From Chamaesiphon sp. OTE_8_metabat_110 (GTDB lineage Bacteria; Cyanobacteriota; Cyanobacteriia; Cyanobacteriales; Chamaesiphonaceae), in contig NZ_JANMZA010000140.1 of the NCBI RefSeq assembly GCF_031382685.1, positions 1-47,410 on the forward strand: a DNA stretch of 47,410 bases, read 5' to 3'. Below, in pieces: positions 20,992 through 30,821 of this stretch. Below the pieces are notes generated by a model. It did no database searches. It was not told the DNA's origin and was given only the letters and a program-made list of their open reading frames with translations. Numbering within the stretch: the stretch's first letter is position 1; the number at the start of each line of letters is the position of its first letter. The position numbers and the translations under genes are program-made.

Positions 20992-23712
20992 ATGCTTACC
21001 AAGCAAGAGTTCGATAGCTGGTGCCACCAGCTAAAATTGTCGGATCTTCAAAAAAGTGTCGTCGAACGAATTCGTGAATCACAACCATCTCGCCTTGTCG
21101 GTGGCGGACGGAAAAACGTTTCTGGTCGCTACCCCAGCAAAAAAATGGGAGTGACGATTCAATTCGAGTCTCATCGCGTCGAACTTCCTAAAGTCTATGA
21201 GTTGGAACACGATGAAGACGTTTTAGAGTTCTACGATCAACCTGCGCCCATCAAACTGGAATATCAAGGTAAGAATGGACGAAACCTCGGACACTTTCAT
21301 ACCCCTGACTTCTTTGTGATTAGAAAAAATACAGTTGGGTGGGAAGAGTGTAAGACTGAGGAAAATTTAAAACAACTGTCAGAAAAAAGTCCAAATCGCT
21401 ATATCAGAGAAGAGACAGGTCTTTGGTCAGATCGACCAGGTGCAGAATACGCCAAACAGTATAATTTCTACTATCGGATTTGGTCTGATGCTGAAATTAA
21501 TTGGATACTCGCACGTAACACAATCTTCTTAGAAGATTATTTTCGGAGAATTGAATCATTAGTTGTAAAAGATGATGCTGCCACTGAAGTGCTGGCGTTG
21601 GTAGCAGAAGAACCAGGAATATTGCTAGCAGATTTACTCGATCGCCTTGAGAAAGCTAGCTCGGACGATATTTACATTTTAATTACCACCGAAAAGCTAT
21701 ATGTGAATTTGAATGCGACACCATTAGCAGAGCCAGATTTGGTGCGAGTTTTTAGTAACAAAGGAATAGCTGATTCTTATATCTTACTCCATGAGACGAG
21801 ATCGCTAACTCCGATGATTAGTTCTCCAGCCATCAATCTTGTCAGCGGTGAAGCTGTTTGTTGGGACGGTAAGGGGCTGAGTATTATTCATGTTGGTGAC
21901 AAAGAAATAGTTCTTCGTGGAGAAGACGAACATATAATCCAGCTAAAAAAGACTGAATTTGAGAATCTGATTCGACAAGGTAAGATTACAAGCCTCCAAA
22001 TAAATGAGGAGCAAAGCATTAGCGATGAAGCATGGGCAAGATTTCAACAGGCGAGTCCTCAAGACCAAGCAGAAGCTCTCCGTCGGTACAAAGTAATCGA
22101 GCCATATTTGAACGATCGACCACCAGAAGTGGAAACCGTATCTGAAAGGACGATTCGGGATTGGAAAGCCAAATATTTAGCTGCGTTAAAAAAATTCAAT
22201 TGTGGTTTTGTCGGACTTCTTTCCTTTAGTCATGCCAAGGGAAATCGTACTCGGAAATTGCCTGAAGATACGCTCGCAGAAATCAAGAAATTTATTGAGG
22301 ATAAATATGAAACCATCACGCAACAAAACATGCGTGCCGTTTATGGCTCCCTAGCTAACGCTTGCGAACAAAAAGGTATTATTGAACCAAGCTACAAAAC
22401 TTTTGTAAAAGAAGTAAATCGACGTAAGGGTTACGAGCAAACAAAGAGTCGCAAGGGGCATCGAGCAGCATATCAACAGCAAGAATTTTATTGGGAATTA
22501 GAGAGAACCACGCCTCGTCATGGAGATCGCCCTTTTGAGATCGGTCATATCGACCATACAAAGCTAGATATTGAATTGGTCTGCTCTCGAACACGTCGAA
22601 ATCTGGGCAGACCTTGGGCTACATTTTTAATGGATGCTTACTCGCGAAGACTGTTAGCGGTTTACCTCACTTTTGATCCACCTTCTAAGCGTTCTTGCCT
22701 GATGGTATTGCGGCTTTGCGTTAAAAATCATGGACGGTTGCCCCAAGTTGTAGTCGTAGATAATGGGCCAGAATTTGGTAGCGAATATTTTGAGACACTG
22801 TTAGCAACTTTTTCAAAAACGATAAAAAAACGTCCCCCTGCCAAAGCTCGGTTTGGTTCGGTTTGCGAACGTCTGTTTGGTACTTCAAATACTGAATTCG
22901 TTCACAATCTAGTGGCTAATACTCAAATTACCCGTAACGTTCGGCAAGTAACTAAGTCGGTTAATCCCAAAAATCATGCTATTTGGACCCTTGGAATCTT
23001 GTATGAGTACTTGTGTACCTGGGCTTACGAGGTGTATGATACTGATGACCATCCAGCTTTATGGCAAACTCCCCGCGAAGCTTTTGCAGCAGGGATGCTC
23101 CAAGGAGGTAGTCGAATCCATCAAATGATTGCCTATGATGAAAACTTTCAGAAGATCACTTTGCCAACGAATTTAAAGGGGACAGCAAAAGTTCAAAGCG
23201 GTAGTGGGGTGAAAATTAATGCTATTTACTACTGGTCGAATGATTTTAAACACCCAGAAATAGTAAAAACTTCCGTTCCAGTCAGATACGATCCCTTTGA
23301 TTGTGGAACTGCTTATGCTTTTGTCCACGGGCGTTGGGTAAAGTGCATATCCGAACATTATCAATCGTTCCGTGGTCGCTCGGAAAAAGAAATACAACTG
23401 GCTAGTAGTGAGTTACGTAAACGCAACCAAAATCATCAGTCTCAATTCACTATTTCATCTAAAAAGTTGGCAACATTCCTTGAATCAGCAGAGGGGAAGG
23501 AGATTTTGTTAGAGCAGCGATCTCGTGATGCAGAGGCTCAAGAAGTATTTAAGGCGATCGAAGGTGGACAAGCTGGAGAAAATATTAATAACGTATTGAA
23601 TATAGCAGAGATGAGTACAAAAACAGATGTCAATCATAATTACGTAACACAGCAGTCTGTAAGTGAATTTTCGTTTTCAGATGAGGATCTTGAAATGTGT
23701 GAGGAGTTCTAG
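20992..23712 (+). CDS. tnsAB: fused TnsA endonuclease-TnsB DDE transposase (TnsAB)
   Basis: TnsA part FESHRVE, FYDQP, HTPDFFV, WEECK; DDE core GHIDHTKLD, VVVDNGPEF, SVCERLFGT; C-terminal VRYDPFD. Confidence 0.92.
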   Translation: MLTKQEFDSWCHQLKLSDLQKSVVERIRESQPSRLVGGGRKNVSGRYPSKKMGVTIQFESHRVELPKVYELEHDEDVLEFYDQPAPIKLEYQGKNGRNLGHFHTPDFFVIRKNTVGWEECKTEENLKQLSEKSPNRYIREETGLWSDRPGAEYAKQYNFYYRIWSDAEINWILARNTIFLEDYFRRIESLVVKDDAATEVLALVAEEPGILLADLLDRLEKASSDDIYILITTEKLYVNLNATPLAEPDLVRVFSNKGIADSYILLHETRSLTPMISSPAINLVSGEAVCWDGKGLSIIHVGDKEIVLRGEDEHIIQLKKTEFENLIRQGKITSLQINEEQSISDEAWARFQQASPQDQAEALRRYKVIEPYLNDRPPEVETVSERTIRDWKAKYLAALKKFNCGFVGLLSFSHAKGNRTRKLPEDTLAEIKKFIEDKYETITQQNMRAVYGSLANACEQKGIIEPSYKTFVKEVNRRKGYEQTKSRKGHRAAYQQQEFYWELERTTPRHGDRPFEIGHIDHTKLDIELVCSRTRRNLGRPWATFLMDAYSRRLLAVYLTFDPPSKRSCLMVLRLCVKNHGRLPQVVVVDNGPEFGSEYFETLLATFSKTIKKRPPAKARFGSVCERLFGTSNTEFVHNLVANTQITRNVRQVTKSVNPKNHAIWTLGILYEYLCTWAYEVYDTDDHPALWQTPREAFAAGMLQGGSRIHQMIAYDENFQKITLPTNLKGTAKVQSGSGVKINAIYYWSNDFKHPEIVKTSVPVRYDPFDCGTAYAFVHGRWVKCISEHYQSFRGRSEKEIQLASSELRKRNQNHQSQFTISSKKLATFLESAEGKEILLEQRSRDAEAQEVFKAIEGGQAGENINNVLNIAEMSTKTDVNHNYVTQQSVSEFSFSDEDLEMCEEF

Positions 23713-23714
23713 GA

Positions 23715-24896
23715 ATGTCTGATGGATTTCCCCGTGAGTTACTTCAGCAGCCAGTGGCAAGCCGACTTGCTTACTTTAAGAAATATGCTGTGCTGCATCC
23801 CAAGCTTAAAGAAGCAAAAGAAGCTCTCCTAAGTGCAATTCAAGAGCCAGGAGGTGCATCAATAATTTTTATTTTTGGACCAACATTTGTTGGTAAAACT
23901 ACACTGAGGTTGGGAGTACAAAAAGAACTGATTGAAGCAGCTCTACCATCCCTTGAAACCGATAGGGGGCGTATTCCTGTCGTTGGGATAGAACTTCAAC
24001 CACCTGAGACGAGAAATTTTAGTTGGAAAGATTATTGCACAAATGCTCTGATCGCATTAGAGGAGCCACTAATAGATTACAAGATTAATTATGATGTTCG
24101 GGGGATTTCGCGCAATAATGCAGGTGAACTTATTATTCAAAATCGGGCAACTGCACACGATCGACGAAGGGCATTGGGAAATGCACTAAGTCATCGGCGG
24201 CCAGACATATTTTTTATTGATGAAGCTCAACATTTAGCAAAAATAGCCAGTGGTCAGAAGGTTAAAGATCAATTGGATTATATTAAATCATTAGCCAATA
24301 CAACCGGGGTGACACACGGATTATTTGGGGTTTATGAATTGAAAATATTCCGCAATTTAAGTGCCCAATTGAGTGGTCGTAGTCTTGATATTCATTTTAA
24401 GCGTTACGATCTCAAGTGTGAAGAAGATATGCGTGCTTTTATGAGAGTCGTCAAGAGTTTCCAGTACCACTTGCCACTGGAGGAAACACCAAAATTATTA
24501 GAACATGGAGATTATCTTTACTTCGGAACACTTGGCTGCATCGGCCTCCTAAAAAACTGGTTGTTAAAAGCATTGAATGCAGCACTAAAAGAGGGGGCAA
24601 AAACTTTAACACTCAAACATTTAGAAGCTCATGCTATATCGACAGATAAACTCAAAGAAATGATGGAGGAGATAGAGGAGGGAGAGCAACTATTCGTGGA
24701 AAAAGAAGAGGATCGAAATTGGCTACGAAAGGCTCTCGGTCTTGCACCGATCGACGCATCAACTTCCGACAATTCAACGTCCAAATCGGGGACATCCGAA
24801 CCCGTAACATCTGCCAAGCCAGCCACTAAGGGTAAAGTTGGTAAACGTAAGCCAAAGAGAGATCCAGTGGGTGTAGAGGATAATGCCGCCAGTTAA
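23715..24896 (+). CDS. tnsC: TnsC AAA+ ATPase
   Basis: HPKLKEA, Walker A GPTFVGKTT, Walker B FFIDEAQH; follows tnsAB. Confidence 0.9.
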   Translation: MSDGFPRELLQQPVASRLAYFKKYAVLHPKLKEAKEALLSAIQEPGGASIIFIFGPTFVGKTTLRLGVQKELIEAALPSLETDRGRIPVVGIELQPPETRNFSWKDYCTNALIALEEPLIDYKINYDVRGISRNNAGELIIQNRATAHDRRRALGNALSHRRPDIFFIDEAQHLAKIASGQKVKDQLDYIKSLANTTGVTHGLFGVYELKIFRNLSAQLSGRSLDIHFKRYDLKCEEDMRAFMRVVKSFQYHLPLEETPKLLEHGDYLYFGTLGCIGLLKNWLLKALNAALKEGAKTLTLKHLEAHAISTDKLKEMMEEIEEGEQLFVEKEEDRNWLRKALGLAPIDASTSDNSTSKSGTSEPVTSAKPATKGKVGKRKPKRDPVGVEDNAAS

Positions 24897-25824
24897 CGGC
24901 TTTAATATTTACGATCGCGATCTCGATCCTTACGAATCTTGCTCGATCGAAATACCATCCATCCCGCCACGGAGCATTCTCTACTCAATCTCACCGATCG
25001 GTATCGGTACTGGTGATGTTGAAGGTTTGACGAGTTATCTTTGTCGGCTGGCTGAGGCTCATTGTGTGTCGCCGACTAATCTTTTGCGTTATCAAATCGA
25101 GCCTGTTGCTGGTAAGGGAGGTGGCAAAACTGCTAAGTCGGTGAATTTGCAGAGTCATCCTAGTGGTGATAATCGAGTGGCGGCGCGATATGTTAGTGCG
25201 CTGGAATATCTCACCATGCAGCCAAATTTGACAGAATTGACCCTTTCGAGTTGGTTGATGGGCAAACGACCGATCGGGAATGTTTTAACTTCGCTATTTG
25301 TCGATCGACCGATTAGTATGTTGAAAACTTGTCGGGAATGGTGCCCAGATTGCCTTGAGGAGTGGAAAAATAGCGATCGGGATATCTATGAGCCGCTATT
25401 GTGGTCGCTGTCTCTGGTGGCCATTTGCCCGCACCACGATCGATGGTTAGAAAGGTGTTGTCCTCACTGTGCCGAGACTCAACCGATCTTTGCAGCTAAA
25501 ACAAGAGTAGGACACTGCTCTAATTGTCATGCCTGGTTGGGGATGAGTTCAGACTATTCAAAGCAAGAAGGCGATCGATGTGGCGATCGAAAAGTTTGGC
25601 TGTCTTGGTTGGCAGATCGGGCATTAACAGTAATCGCTGCCTCAAGCCACAGACCCACCGAACTAATTCGGCAGGAAATCAGGGATTATTTGAATGGTGC
25701 GGGTAAGGACGATCGCAATTCACTGTGGTGGCAGACGTATTCAGCCGATGCACCAAAGCATCAAATTAGTGATGACGATCGATTAGCACTGTTAAAAATA
25801 TTAGCAAGAGAAATTCCTATTTAG
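24883..25824 (+). CDS. tniQ: short TniQ target selector (313 aa)
   Basis: PPRSILYSISPIGIGTGDVEGLTSYLCRLAEAH; zinc fingers WCPDC, CPHH, CPHC, CSNC; no long TnsD C-terminal extension. Confidence 0.85.
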   Translation: MPPVNGFNIYDRDLDPYESCSIEIPSIPPRSILYSISPIGIGTGDVEGLTSYLCRLAEAHCVSPTNLLRYQIEPVAGKGGGKTAKSVNLQSHPSGDNRVAARYVSALEYLTMQPNLTELTLSSWLMGKRPIGNVLTSLFVDRPISMLKTCREWCPDCLEEWKNSDRDIYEPLLWSLSLVAICPHHDRWLERCCPHCAETQPIFAAKTRVGHCSNCHAWLGMSSDYSKQEGDRCGDRKVWLSWLADRALTVIAASSHRPTELIRQEIRDYLNGAGKDDRNSLWWQTYSADAPKHQISDDDRLALLKILAREIPI

Positions 25825-25875
25825 CTGAAACAGCAGAAGCCCCGCGCTCAATTCGCTTCGGATGAGCGTCGGGTA

Positions 25876-26509
25876 ATCGAACCTTTGCCAGGAGAGAGTT
25901 TGAGTCATTAGACATCCTGCGAAAGTATTCGAGCGATCCTTTAACATCAACTATTGTGGACATTATTAACTAATAATCAAAGATTGGCTGAATATACTGG
26001 AAAATATCGGTTCTGCCGTTGGCGTAGCCTCTCCCTGGAGAATCGGGTTAGGGCTTTCGCAGGATGTCTATTTTCTAGGTTGGTTTCGTCGATCGAATGA
26101 TTTGCCTCCAGGGGGATTGGCAAAGGCTGCTGGATTTGGTGGTGCAATCATTTCTCGATGGGAAAAGTTTCGATTTAATCCGCCACCATCTCCGAGTCAA
26201 TTGGCGGCTTTAGCTTTAGTTGTGGGTGTTGATATGGAGAGATTAGTAGAGATGTTGCCACCAGCGGGAATGGGGATGAAGATGGAGCCGATGCGGTTGT
26301 GTGGGGCTTGTTGTGGCGAATCACCTTACCATCGGATTGAGTGGCAGTTGAAGAGTGTCGATCGATGCCATCAGCATCAATTAAGGTTGTTATCGGAATG
26401 TCCTAAGTGTGGGGCGCGGTTTAAGGTTCCGGCTTTGTGGGTGGATGGATGGTGTCAGCGTTGTTTCACGCCTTTTGGAGAGATGAAAGAGTGCCAAAAG
26501 TCGATTTAG
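25876..26509 (+). pseudogene. tniQ: type V-K CAST-like TniQ, 5'-truncated and split by a MITE
   Basis: IEPLPGESLSH | FLGWFRRSND...SRWEKFRFNPPPS...RLCGAC..HRIEWQ...CPKC...VPALWVDGWCQRC closely resembles Cas12k-associated TniQ; frame is restored when 25910-26072 is removed. Confidence 0.85.
25910..26069. mobile_element. 160-bp MITE with 16-bp terminal inverted repeats and 3-bp ATT duplication
   Basis: att-AGACATCCTGCGAAAG...CTTTCGCAGGATGTCT-att. Confidence 0.88.
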
Positions 26510-26598
26510 ATCTAATGATTCTCCTTTAGACTGTAGATCTTTGAGACTTTTCAACCCACAATAGACCAAGGTGAGATTGGTTTAAGGGAAAAAGCATC

Positions 26599-29500
26599 AT
26601 GCTGTCGTCAATTTTAGATACTTGTACTCCACGAACAGAAATATTATCGGGAGAGCTGTCTCTGGATTTGTTTGCAGCCAAGCTCAAGCTGGTTGTTGAT
26701 GGTAATGCGCCGCCAGTTTATCAAAACCCAGAACTTTTCTTTGCTAACACTTTTCCCACAGCAGGTTTAAAGACTTTAATTGCCGAAGTCTTTGGCAGAT
26801 TAACTGGCACAACGGTAGGATCGCCAGTGATTCGGTTAGAAACGAGTTTTGGCGGTGGGAAAACCCACGATGAAATTGCGCTCTGGCATCTGGCACGGCA
26901 AGGGAGACAAATTCCAGGGTTAGATCGATTTACCGATCGATTGGAACAGATTCCGATTAGCCCGATTCAAATTGCGGCAATCTCAGGGCAAGATTTAGAC
27001 CCGACGAATGGTGACTTCCATGCTGATACGGGTATCTCGACTTATACGCTTTGGGGTGAGATTGCTTATCAAATTGGGGGAATTGAGGGCTATCAACTAT
27101 TACGGGGTTCGGACGAACAAAAAGTCAGTCCTGGCACTAATGTATTGCAAAGATTGATTGGCGATCGACCAACGCTGATCGTACTTGATGAAATTGCTCA
27201 GTATCTCCGTAAAGCTAAGGCTGTAAAGGTTGGTAATAGCGATCTAGCCGGACAAGTAGTGGCATTTTTGTTCGCGCTGATGGATTTAGCAGGCTCCTGT
27301 CAAAACTTAGTATTTGTCTATTCGTTAGCTTCTGCTAGTGATAGTTTTGCCGATGACACCACCGAATTACAAGAAGCGATTAAGGCTTCGGCGCGACAGG
27401 AAAAAATCCTGACTCCCAGCACCGATCTGGAGATTTACAACATTGTTAAACAGCGGCTGTTTAGTAGCGTTGATGATAAAGCTGCCAAAAAAGCTGCTCA
27501 GGAATATCTGCAATCCTATCGATCGAGTCGATCCAATCTCCCCGATGGCTGTAAAGATGCAGCTTATACTCAAACGATCGAAGCTAGCTACCCCATTCAT
27601 CCCGAACTTTTTAATTTATTAACCAAAAAGATCGCCTCAATTCCCAACTTCAATCGGACGCGCGGCGCATTGCGACTATTTGCGATCGCGACTCGTTATC
27701 TGTGGCGAGAGGGCATCGCTTTGCCGATGATTCATCCTCATCATTTACCCGTAGGTATCGATGATGAGATTACTAATGAACTGACTTCGCGGCTACAACG
27801 TCCACTGATGCGCCTACCGATTCAGGCAGATTTGTATAATGCCAGTGGGCGTGAGGCTCACGCTCAAATTCAGGATCGAGAATGGTTAGCCGCAGGAAAG
27901 TCTCCTTTTTCTACTTGGGTAGGGCGAACGATTTTTCTCCATTCGATCAATCAAGGGATTGTTGCTGGGATTCGTCAAACCGAGTTAAATTTATCCTTGC
28001 TAATGCCAGGAGGCGATACTAATTTTGTCGATCGAGCATTGGAACGATTAACTGAAGTAGCTTGGTATCTGGACTTTGACCCCATTTTAACGATCGCTCG
28101 ATTCAAAGAAGAGCCGTCGATCAATAAGATTGTGGCAGAGGAGAAAGAGCAAGTTGGACGTGGTGAGGCAAAGGAAGAACTGCGAAAACGTCGAGATTCG
28201 ATCTTTGCTACCCGCTATTTCCGCCTCGTACCCGCCCCTACTAGTCCAGGTGATGTTGATGATAATGCCGATGAGATTACCCTGTCTATCATCGATTTTC
28301 AGGAGGCGATGGTGACATCTTCGATCGATCCTGCGCCAACAATTATCGAGCAGATTTTTCAGCAGACGGGAGAATTTGGTAAGTTTCGGATCTTTCGCAA
28401 TCGGTTATTGTTTCTAGTCGCTAATAAAGTTGACTTAGAACGAGCCAGCGAACTAGCGCGGGAGTTTCTAGCAATTAAAAATATTCTCAAATCGGAACAT
28501 CGACTAACCGATCTCTCGGAAAGCCAGCAGAAGCAACTGAAAAAGAAGGAAGGTGAATTAGATTTGGGAGTGCGAATTGCTTTGGCGAATGCTTATCGCC
28601 ATCTATTCTATCCAGCCCAAGATCTAGTCAAAGCCCCAAAAGGCTTGATGCACTACACTTTACCCGTTCAGGATACTAGCGATCTCAAGGGTAAAAATAA
28701 CCAAGATATAATTCTCAAGGCGTTAAAAGATTGTCAGAAAGTTCGGGCTGATGATGCACCTAACTATGCGCCTGCTTACATTTTGCAGAAAGTGTGGTCG
28801 CCAGGATTGGAGTCAATTACAACCAAGGGTTTGAAGGAAGCTTTTGCTAAAGATTTGGGACTCAATTTCTTCGTGGAAAGCGAGATTCTCAAACTGCGAT
28901 CGACTATTCGTGCTGGTTTAGAAGCTGGACAGTGGGATCTAAAAATGGGCGATCGCGTGTATATCAATACGCCCCAAGCTAAGGTGGTTATTCCCGATAA
29001 TATCGAATTTTCCGATCGCCAGGTATTGTATCGACGCGGGATTCTCCAACTACCAGTTCCCCGTGAAATCGAACTTAGTGCCCAAACTTTACCAGGGGAG
29101 CCAGATAGTCAGAAAGTACCTGTCAGAGTCAAATGGCGAGCGATCGGGGCGATCGGCGTACAGTTGTTTCAAGATGGAATCTTAGTTCCCAATAGTTTCC
29201 GTCCGGCGGATGAATATACGGGCGAGATAACCAGTACCAGCTTATTTAAACTGGTGGTTGATTATGGCGATGGGGAGGTGCTATCTCAGGAAGCTAAAGC
29301 CGTCCAGTGGACTTCCTATCGCAATGATGGGGAGATCGGAGATCCTCTCGTGGCAACTCAATTGGGTGTCTATGCGGTGAAAATTAACCCTGTGGAGCTA
29401 CCAGTAGGTAGTTTGAATAGTATTTTCAACGAGTGGCGCGATCGAGTCCACGATCGCAAAATTGCCGCCGTTGAGAGTTTGGAGTTAACAGTTTCTGAGA

Positions 29501-29826
29501 TTGTAGACTATCGCAAGCTGACTACCGCCTTACCCCTATTGATGCGCTTCCCGATCGAAATCGACCAATTAGTCACCGTTCAAACTGGCAATCGGTTTCT
29601 GCGGTTGGAATATCAGGGGGAGATTAAGGGCTTCCAAACACTAGCTAGTTCAGTAAATACCTTTTTGACCGATCCAGAGATGCGGGCGGAGGTTTCGCTG
29701 AAGATGCGCCTAAATTTTGCTACTCCAGTTTTACCGGAAGGGACGGAAATGCAATCGATCGAGCAGACATTGGGCAGAAATCCGATCGAACGGGGACATC
29801 TAGCGGTGACGGTGGTTTATGACTGA
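26599..29826 (+). CDS. DUF499-family ATPase (BrxC/PglY-related)
   Basis: FFANTFPTAGLK, LETSFGGGKTH, TLWGEIAYQ, LIVLDEIAQY, SYPIHPEL, FNRTRGALR. Confidence 0.85.
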   Translation: MLSSILDTCTPRTEILSGELSLDLFAAKLKLVVDGNAPPVYQNPELFFANTFPTAGLKTLIAEVFGRLTGTTVGSPVIRLETSFGGGKTHDEIALWHLARQGRQIPGLDRFTDRLEQIPISPIQIAAISGQDLDPTNGDFHADTGISTYTLWGEIAYQIGGIEGYQLLRGSDEQKVSPGTNVLQRLIGDRPTLIVLDEIAQYLRKAKAVKVGNSDLAGQVVAFLFALMDLAGSCQNLVFVYSLASASDSFADDTTELQEAIKASARQEKILTPSTDLEIYNIVKQRLFSSVDDKAAKKAAQEYLQSYRSSRSNLPDGCKDAAYTQTIEASYPIHPELFNLLTKKIASIPNFNRTRGALRLFAIATRYLWREGIALPMIHPHHLPVGIDDEITNELTSRLQRPLMRLPIQADLYNASGREAHAQIQDREWLAAGKSPFSTWVGRTIFLHSINQGIVAGIRQTELNLSLLMPGGDTNFVDRALERLTEVAWYLDFDPILTIARFKEEPSINKIVAEEKEQVGRGEAKEELRKRRDSIFATRYFRLVPAPTSPGDVDDNADEITLSIIDFQEAMVTSSIDPAPTIIEQIFQQTGEFGKFRIFRNRLLFLVANKVDLERASELAREFLAIKNILKSEHRLTDLSESQQKQLKKKEGELDLGVRIALANAYRHLFYPAQDLVKAPKGLMHYTLPVQDTSDLKGKNNQDIILKALKDCQKVRADDAPNYAPAYILQKVWSPGLESITTKGLKEAFAKDLGLNFFVESEILKLRSTIRAGLEAGQWDLKMGDRVYINTPQAKVVIPDNIEFSDRQVLYRRGILQLPVPREIELSAQTLPGEPDSQKVPVRVKWRAIGAIGVQLFQDGILVPNSFRPADEYTGEITSTSLFKLVVDYGDGEVLSQEAKAVQWTSYRNDGEIGDPLVATQLGVYAVKINPVELPVGSLNSIFNEWRDRVHDRKIAAVESLELTVSEIVDYRKLTTALPLLMRFPIEIDQLVTVQTGNRFLRLEYQGEIKGFQTLASSVNTFLTDPEMRAEVSLKMRLNFATPVLPEGTEMQSIEQTLGRNPIERGHLAVTVVYD

Positions 29827-29940
29827 GGATGTGGATGACAGGCAAGATGCCTGTCTGAGTCAGGCTTAAATTTGTGTGTACTCCCCTAGACCAAAGGACG
29901 GGAAGGAGAGAAAATAGAAACGTTACCTGGAGAGTCTGTC

Positions 29941-30369
29941 GTGCAAGAGTTTCAACTGCGGGTTGTCCCGATCGACAATAATAATTTTGCGCTGGAGCTA
30001 TACCAATGCGCCTATAAGCAAGCGGGGGAAAAACGTCGTCCCCCTGCCAAACGAGTTGGACGGCTGAAGGGGCAATCTTTGGTACAAGCACGGCAAGCGG
30101 TGTATGACTGTCTCAAGGTTAATAACTACGATCCCAAGACGTTAAAACACTCTCGCCAAAACGCCTATGTTCTGAGTGAGTTGTCAGGTGTAAATTTGGC
30201 GTTGCTGTTTCAAGCTCTCCAACCCTTATCAAAGTTAGAACGGATTGCCAACATTACAGCGGGAGTAATGGCGATGAGTAATGAGGAAGCGCACTACTGG
30301 TTTGCTAAAGTGAGTAATGGCGACAGGCACCGTGCTTTACGGGCAATTCGGGTATTATTGGGCGATTGA
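29941..30369 (+). CDS. small accessory protein of DUF499 operons (DUF3780-like)
   Basis: C-terminal MSNEEAHYWFAK...RALRAIRVLL; position directly after DUF499. Confidence 0.6.
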   Translation: MQEFQLRVVPIDNNNFALELYQCAYKQAGEKRRPPAKRVGRLKGQSLVQARQAVYDCLKVNNYDPKTLKHSRQNAYVLSELSGVNLALLFQALQPLSKLERIANITAGVMAMSNEEAHYWFAKVSNGDRHRALRAIRVLLGD

Positions 30370-30821
30370 GATGATGAAAGAGCGAACGTGAAGTGCCTTG
30401 AAATGTATCTCGATCTCTATGGGATGCAAGTTATCGGCTAAGTAATGGGTATATTTATAAAATACATAATACACATATTTTCATTTCCATATCTGCATTT
30501 TTACAGCACATAAGTACTACGTTGTGTGACTAGCTACCTTGTAAACTGTGCAAAACCGTACAAAGCGACAACCTATCGATCGTATAGATTACGTCATAAT
30601 CTTCTAGACTATGTGTAAAATCGATATATATAAGTAAATAATTTGCTAAACCATACATACTTCACTCTCATACATGGCTAGTTCAAATATAAATCCTGTA
30701 TATTCCTCGGACTGAGACTTCCAGAGATTGTATCCGAACTCTCTCGATCTAAAAACCGCTCTACCTTTTTCAATAGAACAAAAATACTATTATAAATTCA
30801 ACGGTTTCTTGTAAATGAAAA

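Noticed and set aside
26102-26509. 135-aa ORF as an intact gene
   Set aside because: It is the 3' part of a tniQ whose N-terminal GESLSH motif lies before the MITE.
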